DNA of 32,517 nucleotides. Source: Deltaproteobacteria bacterium. GTDB taxonomy: Bacteria > Desulfobacterota > Dissulfuribacteria > Dissulfuribacterales > UBA3076. Numbering within the stretch: the stretch's first letter is position 1; every line of letters begins with the position of its first letter. Position numbers and translations under genes: made by a program. The notes under the pieces are model-generated. The model saw nothing but the letters and a program-made list of their open reading frames with translations, did not search any database and was not told the DNA's origin. The stretch lies in assembly GCA_030605675.1 (NCBI GenBank), contig JAUWHV010000124.1:1-32517 (forward strand), given 5' to 3'. Positions 25,782 to 32,517 of this stretch are shown here, one piece after another.

Positions 25782-27222
25782 GAACAGAATGCTGTTGCGC
25801 TTCAGCTACGAAGTTCCCGGCAGCATCAGGGCAACTTCCAAAATGTAGATGTATATAGCCGGCAAGCGTGTTGTACCACGTATAACCTTCAGGGGGAAGA
25901 AGGCTGTTGCCGGCATTTCTGACCTCGTAGGCAAGGATTATTGATTTATCCTGAGAAATTGGCTCGAGTAAATTGGAATAATGGAATTCGTGTCCTCTAA
26001 TTCTTGTGCCGGCCGGCCCGAGTATAGTATTCTTTTTTAAAATGATTTCCCTGTAGCCAAGGGCACAGCGCCTTTTCTGCATATTCACCATAAAAGGGAA
26101 CAGGCCGACCCAGGGATGTTCCTGCCCTGGCTCTTCTTTTTGAACCAGGCCCCGGCACAGGTAGAGAAATCCTCCGCATTCTGCATAGATAGGGAGATTT
26201 CCCTGGGCCTTGGTCAATATTTCTTCTCGAAGGTCCCTGTTTTTTGAAAGGGCTTTGGCGTGCAGTTCAGGGTATCCGCCTCCAAGATAAAGCCCCTGTA
26301 TTCCAGGAGGCAGGGAATGATCTCTAAGGGGCGAGAAAAATACGATTTCCGCACCGAATTTTTCAAGAATGTCAAGATTTGCCTGGTAATAGAAACAAAA
26401 GGCCTCATCCTTTGCCACTGCAATACGTACCGGACGCGGATGGGAAATGCCGGGGCGTTTTATTACCCTGCTTTGATCAGCCGGACGTATGTCTTTCCTG
26501 TTTTGCCGGATCGCTTTTAGCAATGAATTTAAATCGCAGTCCTTTTCAAACCAGGTTCTAAAGAGGTCTGCTTGCTTTGTTTCAAGACCGCCTTCCTCAG
26601 CAGTTATGAGTCCCAGATGCCTTGATGGAAGCTGCAGGTCCTGATTACGAAACAGAGTGCCGGTCCATGACAGTCCCAGAGGAGACAGTGCCTCTTTCAA
26701 AAGCGCAGCATGCCTTTTACTACCCGTTTTATTAAGGATTACTCCGGCAAAGCGTAAGCTGCTATCGAATTTAAGATAGCCATTAACCAGTGCGGCCACA
26801 CTCCTTGCCATACCAATGACATCCACTATCAATAGAACAGGCAGATCCAACCACTTTGCAATTTCTGCAGTAGAACCTGATTCAGAAGTTCCGCCGGCAC
26901 CATCAAAGAGGCCCATTACCCCCTCAATAACTGAAACATCCGCCCCGGTACAATACTGCGAGTACAACTCTTGCACTGAAGACTTACTTAAAATCCACCC
27001 GTCAAGGTTGTGAGAAGGGCATCCGCACACTGAGGCGTGGTGTCCGGGATCAATAAAGTCAGGGCCCACCTTAAAAGGAGCCACCTTAAGGCCCCTTTTA
27101 TTCAGTGCTGCCATTATGGCAAGGGTCACAGTTGTTTTCCCGCAGCCGCTATGTGTACCGGCAATTACAATACCCGGAAGGGGAGAATCGGGAGTAGATC
27201 GTTGTGCAAAAGGCCCTAGCAT
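25729..27222 (-). CDS. cbiA: Cobyrinate a,c-diamide synthase family amidotransferase
   Basis: N-terminal P-loop (GTHSGCGKTT) and a C-terminal glutamine amidotransferase domain (YAECGGFLYL, GHEFHYS). The last 20 or so codons lie in a repeat element. Confidence 0.85.
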   Translation of the reverse strand: MLGPFAQRSTPDSPLPGIVIAGTHSGCGKTTVTLAIMAALNKRGLKVAPFKVGPDFIDPGHHASVCGCPSHNLDGWILSKSSVQELYSQYCTGADVSVIEGVMGLFDGAGGTSESGSTAEIAKWLDLPVLLIVDVIGMARSVAALVNGYLKFDSSLRFAGVILNKTGSKRHAALLKEALSPLGLSWTGTLFRNQDLQLPSRHLGLITAEEGGLETKQADLFRTWFEKDCDLNSLLKAIRQNRKDIRPADQSRVIKRPGISHPRPVRIAVAKDEAFCFYYQANLDILEKFGAEIVFFSPLRDHSLPPGIQGLYLGGGYPELHAKALSKNRDLREEILTKAQGNLPIYAECGGFLYLCRGLVQKEEPGQEHPWVGLFPFMVNMQKRRCALGYREIILKKNTILGPAGTRIRGHEFHYSNLLEPISQDKSIILAYEVRNAGNSLLPPEGYTWYNTLAGYIHLHFGSCPDAAGNFVAEAQQHSVRNRSEFTGSEVQGSLKI

Positions 27223-27377
27223 GTGAGGTGAACTGCAAAGGCAACAGCCTCGTGTCCAAGCTGCGATGCCAGTTTATTGAACCTCTGTATGGCCGGTTCG
27301 GTGGGAAGGGCCTCTATACGGATGCCCTTGGACTCGAGTATTACGATTTCACCAAAGCGATATGACTCAATCTTCAT
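27216..27377 (-). CDS. Small hypothetical protein (53 aa) coupled to cbiA
   Basis: An ATG at 27377 (MKIESYRFGEIV...) is preceded by AAGGAG at good spacing. The stop overlaps the cbiA start (ATGCTAG). I recognise no family. Confidence 0.4.
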   Translation of the reverse strand: MKIESYRFGEIVILESKGIRIEALPTEPAIQRFNKLASQLGHEAVAFAVHLTC

Positions 27378-27491
27378 AAGCCTCGTCTCCTTCATGGCCA
27401 CAAAAAAACCGCTCCGCTTTATGGAAAAGCATAGATTGCTCCCAGTGCGTGTAGTATAGTTAGTGTCTGAATGGAAAGGCCGTTCAGACAC

Positions 27492-27523
27492 AATTTTGAA
27501 TTCTAAATTTTGAATTCTGAATT
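27492..27523. repeat. AATTTTGAATTCTR x2 tandem 14-mers
   Basis: The tract reads aattttgaattcta aattttgaattctg aatt. Confidence 0.6.
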
Positions 27524-27645
27524 AAAAAAGGAAATAACCTTAATATATTAATTGTCCCTGGCCTAAATTGAGAAAACAAAATTTGGAGTTTCCGTTTAGG
27601 CACTATTTAAGATATTTATTATCCTGATATCAGTAGATGCTCCTG

Positions 27646-27674
27646 TTGACAAGGTCTGGCTTGGCGAATATATG
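27646..27674 (+). promoter_or_regulatory. Sigma-70-like promoter for tRNA-Pro
   Basis: TTGACA (27646-27651), a 17-nt spacer, then TATATG (27669-27674), about 15 nt upstream of the mature tRNA 5' end. Confidence 0.45.
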
Positions 27675-27689
27675 GAATAGATCTTCGGT

Positions 27690-27766
27690 CGGGACGTGGC
27701 TCAGTCTGGTAGAGCACAGCGTTCGGGACGCTGGGGTCGGAGGTTCAAATCCTCTCGTCCCGACCA
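27690..27766 (+). tRNA. tRNA-Pro (anticodon CGG)
   Basis: The cloverleaf was folded by hand. Acceptor CGGGACG/CGTCCCG, D arm GCTC-AGTCTGGTA-GAGC and anticodon arm CAGCG-TTCGGGA-CGCTG. T arm GGAGG-TTCAAAT-CCTCT, with an encoded CCA. Confidence 0.9.
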
Positions 27767-27827
27767 TTTTATTTCCGTTTTGTTAATATCTTTTTTTGAA
27801 TCCAAACAAAAAAGGCGGCCGATACGT

Positions 27828-28445
27828 ATGACAAACATAAAAAGGGCACTTATTAGCGTAACCGATAAGACAGGTGTGGCAGAACTGGCTAAAGAACTTG
27901 AGGATATGGGTGTAGAGATCGTATCTACCGGCGGTACGGCGCGGGTAATAAGAGAGGCGGATGTTTCTGTAAAGGATGTTTCAGATCTTACTGGTTTTCC
28001 GGAGATGATGGATGGCAGGGTGAAGACTTTACACCCTATGGTCCATGGGGGCATCCTGGCCCTTCGTGACAATGCCGGCCACATGCAACAGATGGAAGAC
28101 CATGCTATTCCACCTATTGATATGGTAGTGGTAAATCTTTATGCCTTTGAAAAGACAGTGGCCAAAGAAGGTGTGAGTTTGGCTGATGCCATTGAGAATA
28201 TTGATATTGGGGGACCAACTCTGCTTCGTTCTTCTGCGAAGAACTTCCGGTATGTGACTGTGGTTGTAGATCCATCTGATTATTCAAAGGTGCTTGGAGA
28301 AATGAAGGCCAATGACGGAGCCACTACCCTGACCACACGTTTTGAACTGGCCAGAAAGGTCTTTATTACAACAAATAAGTATGATAGGGCCATTGCCGGC
28401 TATCTGGAGGGAATCGATCCCCGGAAGGACACATATTTTATTTAG
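27828..28445 (+). CDS. Stand-alone IMP cyclohydrolase (PurH N-terminal MGS-like domain only)
   Basis: [17 protein letters not shown]...STGGTA...[14 protein letters not shown]...VVVNLY.F matches the PurH N-domain. It ends after about 205 aa with no AICAR transformylase domain downstream. The ORF-track start at 27696 overlaps the tRNA. Confidence 0.8.
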   Translation: MTNIKRALISVTDKTGVAELAKELEDMGVEIVSTGGTARVIREADVSVKDVSDLTGFPEMMDGRVKTLHPMVHGGILALRDNAGHMQQMEDHAIPPIDMVVVNLYAFEKTVAKEGVSLADAIENIDIGGPTLLRSSAKNFRYVTVVVDPSDYSKVLGEMKANDGATTLTTRFELARKVFITTNKYDRAIAGYLEGIDPRKDTYFI

Positions 28446-28465
28446 TGATTTGGTGATTGTCTCGC

Positions 28466-29152
28466 ATGATCTGTGTCTCCCTGGCTGAACCTACCTGTGA
28501 CGCCCTGCTGAAGCGTCTGCAACAGGTGGCAGCAAAAGCCGATATGGCAGAAGTCCGTCTGGATGCTCTTGCAGATGTGGAATCCCTGGATTTTGTGAGT
28601 TTAATAAAAGACCGCCCCTGCCCCTTTATTTTTACTAATAGATCTTCTGCAGAAGGGGGTCTTTTTTCAGGTTCAGAAGAGCAGCGAATCAGCATTTTGG
28701 AAAAGGCCATATCTGCAGGGGCGGATTATGTTGATATTGAACTCAGAACAGATCCGGCCTTAAGGGATGCCATAGTAAAAAAGGTTCGTGAAACCGGGAC
28801 AAAGCTCATCATTTCCTATCATGATTTTTCTTGCACTCCTGAGAAGGAAAAACTGATCGAAGTGTTTGATTCGGAAAGGCGGGCCGGGGCAGACATTGGG
28901 AAGATAGTCACCATGGCTGAGGGTCCACAGGATGTCTTGAAAGTTTTTTCGCTGTATTTTAAGGCCCTGGATGAGGGGTTCCCTTTAATAGCTTTCTGTA
29001 TGGGGCCTTTTGGAAAGATGAGCAGGCTGGCCTGCCTGGCGATGGGGGCTTATCTGACCTATGCGTCTACAGCCAGGGGTCATGAGGCCGCTCCAGGGCA
29101 AATACCTCTTGATGACTTGAGGGCTATGGTTGATTGCTTGAACGATACGTAA
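28466..29152 (+). CDS. aroD: Type I 3-dehydroquinate dehydratase
   Basis: MICVSL..., AEVRLD, ISYHDF and a catalytic Lys region (GADIGKIVTMA) are typical of AroD. Confidence 0.85.
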   Translation: MICVSLAEPTCDALLKRLQQVAAKADMAEVRLDALADVESLDFVSLIKDRPCPFIFTNRSSAEGGLFSGSEEQRISILEKAISAGADYVDIELRTDPALRDAIVKKVRETGTKLIISYHDFSCTPEKEKLIEVFDSERRAGADIGKIVTMAEGPQDVLKVFSLYFKALDEGFPLIAFCMGPFGKMSRLACLAMGAYLTYASTARGHEAAPGQIPLDDLRAMVDCLNDT

Positions 29153-29195
29153 TAAAAGAATTTTGGAGATATCTTTTTTAGGGGCGCTTATCTTC

Positions 29196-29224
29196 TTGAC
29201 TTAATGGGTTTTTTTCTTTATCAT
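29196..29224 (+). promoter_or_regulatory. Sigma-70-like promoter upstream of ihfA
   Basis: TTGACT (29196-29201), a 17-nt spacer, then TATCAT (29219-29224). Confidence 0.4.
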
Positions 29225-29298
29225 AATTAATGTTTTGGGATTTGTAACAGCTCCCCCTGAGATTTATTTTATGTGTTTGGAGAGGAGGGTGTCTCAAT

Positions 29299-29592
29299 AT
29301 GACCTTAACTAAGGCAGATCTTGTAAGTCGTATATATAGAAGTAAAAAACTGAGTAAAATAGAGTCTGCTCAAGCCGTAGAGAGCTTGCTCAAGATCATT
29401 AAAGATCGTCTTGAGGCAGGGGAGAACGTCCTTGTTAGCGGTTTTGGTAAATTTTCTGTCAAGGATAAGAGGTCCAGACGTGGCAGAAACCCGCATACAG
29501 GAGAGGATCTGATCCTTGCTCCTCGAAGAGTCGTGACTTTCCGGCCTTCAGGAGTGTTGCGTCAAAAGATAAACGGAAAGACCGGAAAGTAA
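29299..29592 (+). CDS. ihfA: Integration host factor alpha-like DNA-binding protein (HU/IHF family)
   Basis: MTLTKADL...SGFGKF.V..K..R.GRNPHTGE...RRVVTFRPS follows the IHF-alpha pattern. Confidence 0.8.
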   Translation: MTLTKADLVSRIYRSKKLSKIESAQAVESLLKIIKDRLEAGENVLVSGFGKFSVKDKRSRRGRNPHTGEDLILAPRRVVTFRPSGVLRQKINGKTGK

Positions 29593-29636
29593 TTCCGCTC
29601 AAAATCAGCAATCCTAAATCCAAAATCATATTACAA

Positions 29637-29724
29637 TGGTGCCGAAGGGGAGATTCGAACTCCCACGGATATACTGTCCACTAGATCCTGAATCTAGCGC
29701 GTCTACCAATTCCGCCACTTCGGC
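29637..29724 (-). tRNA. tRNA-Leu (anticodon CAG)
   Basis: The reverse complement reads GCCGAAGTGGCGGAATTGGTAGACGCG-CTAGA-TTCAGGA-TCTAG, then a long variable arm, then GGGAG-TTCGAAT-CTCCC-CTTCGGC-A-CCA. Confidence 0.9.
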
Positions 29725-29736
29725 TGAGCGAAAGCC

Positions 29737-29765
29737 ATTAAATAGACAGTGCTTGCACTTGTCAA
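29737..29765 (-). promoter_or_regulatory. Sigma-70-like promoter for tRNA-Leu
   Basis: On the minus strand: TTGACA (rc of 29760-29765), a 17-nt spacer, then TTTAAT (rc of 29737-29742), 12 nt upstream of the tRNA 5' end. Confidence 0.5.
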
Positions 29766-29848
29766 GGGGCCATTGTAGTGTCTGCTGGCCAAATAGTAAA
29801 TGAATGTCTGCAGCAAAGGCTGCAACTACAAACTGAAGAAGATTTGAA

Positions 29849-30787
29849 ATGAATGTTTACAAAGGCCTGCACGAGATTAAAAAACCATTTTATCGGCCTG
29901 CACTGACCATAGGTAACTTTGACGGAGTACATCTGGGGCATCAGGCCCTTTTCCGCCGGGTAGTGGAGCTTGCAGGGCCAAGAAATGGGGCCACGGCAGC
30001 CCTTACCTTTGAACCTCATCCCATGAAGGTCTTAAGGCCTCAAAATCCACCAAAACTTATTTCAACAATGGACCATAAGGTGGAGCTGATAGCTGAGGCC
30101 GGAATTGAACACCTGATCTGCTTACCCTTTACCAAAGAGCTTGCGGGCACGTCCGCCCACGATTTTGTCAATAAAATACTTTACCGGATCATAGGGGTGG
30201 AGGACCTGGTCGTGGGTTATGATTATGCCTTTGGCAAGGGCCGGCAGGGAAATATATCTTTACTCCAGGCCATGGGCTCCAAGCTTGGATTTAACGTACA
30301 TGTTATCTCCCCTGTTTCTGTGGAAGGCATGGTAGTCAGCAGCACTAATGTCAGGGAACATGTAACCCGGGGCGAGATGAAAAAGGTCCGGCTCCTCCTT
30401 GGAAGGTATTACCAGATTCATGGAATTGTACAGGAAGGAATACGTCGAGGCGGTCCGGTCGTAGGCTTTCCCACAGCAAACCTGCGCATTGACAAGGAGG
30501 ACCTATGCCCCAAACCGGGGGTCTATGTAGTTCAGGTTATTCATCAAGACCAGTGCTATGGAGGGGTGATGAATATCGGGTACAATCCCACCTTTGGCGG
30601 GCAGGATCTGGGGGCTGAGGTCCATATATTCGACTTTGAAAAGGATATCTACGGTCACCCGATTAAATTGGATTTTATTCAGCGATTGAGGGATGAAAAG
30701 AAATTTTCCGGGCCAAAGGAACTGGCCGGACAGATCACAAAGGATGCGGAGGCAGCGCGTCTCGTCCTTGCCAAAGGCAATATGTAG
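29849..30787 (+). CDS. ribF: Bifunctional riboflavin kinase / FMN adenylyltransferase
   Basis: 312 aa with an N-terminal GNFDGVHLGHQ nucleotidyltransferase motif and a C-terminal riboflavin kinase domain (GFPTANL, MNIGYNPTF). Confidence 0.9.
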   Translation: MNVYKGLHEIKKPFYRPALTIGNFDGVHLGHQALFRRVVELAGPRNGATAALTFEPHPMKVLRPQNPPKLISTMDHKVELIAEAGIEHLICLPFTKELAGTSAHDFVNKILYRIIGVEDLVVGYDYAFGKGRQGNISLLQAMGSKLGFNVHVISPVSVEGMVVSSTNVREHVTRGEMKKVRLLLGRYYQIHGIVQEGIRRGGPVVGFPTANLRIDKEDLCPKPGVYVVQVIHQDQCYGGVMNIGYNPTFGGQDLGAEVHIFDFEKDIYGHPIKLDFIQRLRDEKKFSGPKELAGQITKDAEAARLVLAKGNM

Positions 30788-30824
30788 GGGCAAGGCCCCC
30801 GTGCCTGCCCAATCACTATCCAAC

Positions 30825-30858
30825 AAAAAAAAGAGATAGCCATCGGCTATCCCTTTTT
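30825..30858. terminator. Bidirectional rho-independent terminator shared by ribF and the ferredoxin gene
   Basis: The stem agagatagcc / ggctatccct (9 of 10 bp) has an A-run on its 5' side and a T-run on its 3' side. It lies between convergent genes. Confidence 0.6.
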
Positions 30859-30887
30859 GTTTGATAAGATTTGATGTTTAGATTGCG

Positions 30888-31079
30888 CTAGACTTCCTCA
30901 ACGGTGATGGCGCCCGCTTCACAGACCTCTACACAGGTCTCACAGCCCAAACAGTCTTCCATCCTGGCGATTATTGGCCTTTCAGCCTCTTCGTCCCAGT
31001 CAAATACTTCAGACGGACAGTTGCCCACACACTCCTCGTCGCCTTGGCATTTATCAAAATCAATGGTAATCTCAAACAT
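30888..31079 (-). CDS. Small 4Fe-4S ferredoxin
   Basis: 63 aa, acidic, with the Cys motifs CQGDEECVGNCP and CLGCETCVEVCE. Confidence 0.85.
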   Translation of the reverse strand: MFEITIDFDKCQGDEECVGNCPSEVFDWDEEAERPIIARMEDCLGCETCVEVCEAGAITVEEV

Positions 31080-31184
31080 AACTTCCTCCTTTTTATGATA
31101 ATCAGTAAACCCACATATCTTGGCATTTAATTGCTTGGTTGTTCATATAGACGATGGGCATTCTTTTTGTCAACCCTGTTTACA

Positions 31185-31459
31185 AAATATTCGGCATCCT
31201 TCATTTTGTAGGTTACACTTTTTTCAAAGGTAACTATTCAGGTTGAAGGTTGAAGGCTGAAGACTGAAGTACTTCAACCATCTCGCAATGATCGAACAGA
31301 GATGAATCCCCCAAACTAATACTGCAATCTCGTCAGCCAACTCAAATGCCCGCAGTTATGTGTGATTCACGCATGATTTGTCCCTATTGGCCTTCTACCT
31401 TCAGTCTATTCACCTGATTACAACTACTTTTGACTTGTCGTGAAGGATGCCCGATATTC
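31185..31459. mobile_element. MITE-like element: inverted GGCATCCTTCA boxes enclosing GAAGGY repeat arms, overlapping a gene 3' end
   Basis: The left end (31185-31224) includes ggcatccttcattttgtaggttacactttttt. The repeat arms lie at 31240-31279 and 31389-31407. The right end (31424-31459) is an inverted box (rc ggcatccttcacgacaagtcaaaagtag), and its 28-nt box core (31424-31451) matches 24 of 28 nt of 3072-3099. Confidence 0.55.
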
Positions 31460-32517
31460 GATAGCGATCTTAACCAGGCGGGTGGCCCATTCAGGGCGCT
31501 CAAGGGCGTGGATGTGGGTATAGGTTCCAAAGATATTTTTAAACACTATTCCTTCAAGTTGTCCGTCAAAGCCATGCCCCCTTACTACACGGCAGCTTAG
31601 TTTGCCTGATTTTTCTTTGTCCACCAGGACCGGTCTGGAGTAATGAAATTCATGGCCCCGTAATATTGTCCCTACATCATAAAAGGGATTCTGAGAGATA
31701 ACTTCAAGGGCGCTGTAACCGTGACCGACCGGCTTTTCACCAACAACAAAATCCCAACCAATGGCCCCTGCCATAGGATAGGTCCGTCCTTGCCAGACAA
31801 GTTGCCTGCCCAGATACATCAGGCCTCCGCACTCTGCATAGACAGGAAGTCCCTGATGTATAGCCTGATAGAGATCCCTTCTCATGGCTTCATTAGCTGA
31901 GAGGCGGGCAGCCTGTGTTTCAGGGAACCCCCCTCCTATATATAGTGCATCGAGTTCCGGCAATCCGCCACCTTGAAGGGAATCCAGGAATATGAGTTTT
32001 GCCCCGGCTTTCTCTAGGGCTTCAAGGTTTTCAGGGTAATAGAATTGAAAGGCCCCATCCTGGAGCACTCCTACAAGAGGCGTTTGTGACAAAGGGATTT
32101 CTTCTGCACCAGGAAATAATTCCATGGCATCCATACTGCCGAACTTCCATTCCCCGCTCTGATCAGCGATCTTTGCTAATGTATGGATATCCACTGACTC
32201 TGTCACCATCCGGCCTAGCCGGTCCAGGGCTTCGGCGGCCTGTGGGTGTTCTTCCCACGGAGTTACACCAAGATGGCGCATGGGGATAGGATCACCTTTC
32301 ATCCTTGGCAGGGCACCGAGTACGGAAATGCCTGTGTACTTTTCCACAGATTGCCTGACAATTGTTTCATGGCGCGATCCGGCTACATGGTTGAGTATCA
32401 CTCCCTCAATACGAAGTTCCGGATCAAGCCTCTGACAGCCCAGGACAAGGGCCGCGGCTGTCCTTGTCATTTTGGTGCAGTCCAAAACCAGAACAACAGG
32501 GGCATCTATCCACTTGG
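31424..32517 (-). CDS. Second cobyrinate a,c-diamide synthase-family amidotransferase (CbiA/DsrN-like), N-terminus off the window
   Basis: The reading frame stays open to the window edge (...KWIDAPVVLVLDCTKMTRTAAA...). It has a GATase domain (YAECGGLMYL, GHEFHYS). It is a paralogue of the gene at 25729-27222. Confidence 0.8.
   Translation of the reverse strand, partial: KWIDAPVVLVLDCTKMTRTAAALVLGCQRLDPELRIEGVILNHVAGSRHETIVRQSVEKYTGISVLGALPRMKGDPIPMRHLGVTPWEEHPQAAEALDRLGRMVTESVDIHTLAKIADQSGEWKFGSMDAMELFPGAEEIPLSQTPLVGVLQDGAFQFYYPENLEALEKAGAKLIFLDSLQGGGLPELDALYIGGGFPETQAARLSANEAMRRDLYQAIHQGLPVYAECGGLMYLGRQLVWQGRTYPMAGAIGWDFVVGEKPVGHGYSALEVISQNPFYDVGTILRGHEFHYSRPVLVDKEKSGKLSCRVVRGHGFDGQLEGIVFKNIFGTYTHIHALERPEWATRLVKIAIEYRASFTTSQK

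Noticed and set aside
27696-27827. N-terminal 44 codons of the 249-aa ORF ([17 protein letters not shown]...)
   Set aside because: This stretch is the tRNA-Pro gene read as protein. The PurH-like homology starts at the ATG at 27828.
27492-29628. A second gene-bracketing inverted repeat pair (aattttgaattct at 27492-27523 against aaaatcagcaatcctaaatccaaaatc at about 29601-29627)
   Set aside because: Complementarity is only partial, with many mismatches in an AT-rich sequence. It is too weak to separate from chance without statistics.
27690-29724. tRNA genes as markers of an integrated island
   Set aside because: No integrase, no direct repeat of a tRNA 3' end and no accessory cargo are present. 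The intervening genes (purH domain, aroD, ihfA) are housekeeping genes.
29762-30019. 85-aa minus-strand ORF overlapping the ribF 5' end
   Set aside because: It is antisense to the strongly supported ribF and overlaps the tRNA-Leu promoter region. It has no motifs.

Overview
This is a chromosomal window from a Gram-negative anaerobe. The proteins look Desulfobacterota-like, but that is inference only. Most of it is housekeeping genes. On the minus strand: a sugar ABC transporter (permease start plus binding protein), fabD, moaA, murA, a fused secDF, cbiA, a ferredoxin and a second cbiA-family gene. On the plus strand: adenine deaminase, rlpA, a stand-alone IMP cyclohydrolase domain, aroD, ihfA and ribF. 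There are also tRNA-Pro(CGG) and tRNA-Leu(CAG). The largest unit is a tightly coupled 11-gene type II secretion operon (8477-19201) in the order gspG-E-F-H-I-J-K-L-M-D plus a GspC/PilP-like gene. I found no CRISPR array, integrase, transposase, toxin-antitoxin pair or recognisable defence island. The unusual feature is non-coding. Almost every intergenic gap, and several gene ends, carry perfect or near-perfect tandem repeats of 6-9 nt (GAAGGCT, AATCACCA/ATTTGGTG, GAGGGATT, TTAGCTG, CACGAAA, GCCTAAAGT, TGAACC). These usually sit as two inverted arms that can form long hairpins. Several are bracketed by a conserved box of about 30 nt (GGCATCCTTCA...GTAGTTTACAC) in inverted orientation, which is a MITE-like layout. 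These elements supply the C-terminal codons of both cbiA paralogues and part of the GspI prepilin leader. They also mark the first four gene junctions of the secretion operon. That includes a perfect 19-nt inverted repeat bracketing gspE-F-H. I cannot establish novelty without database searches.
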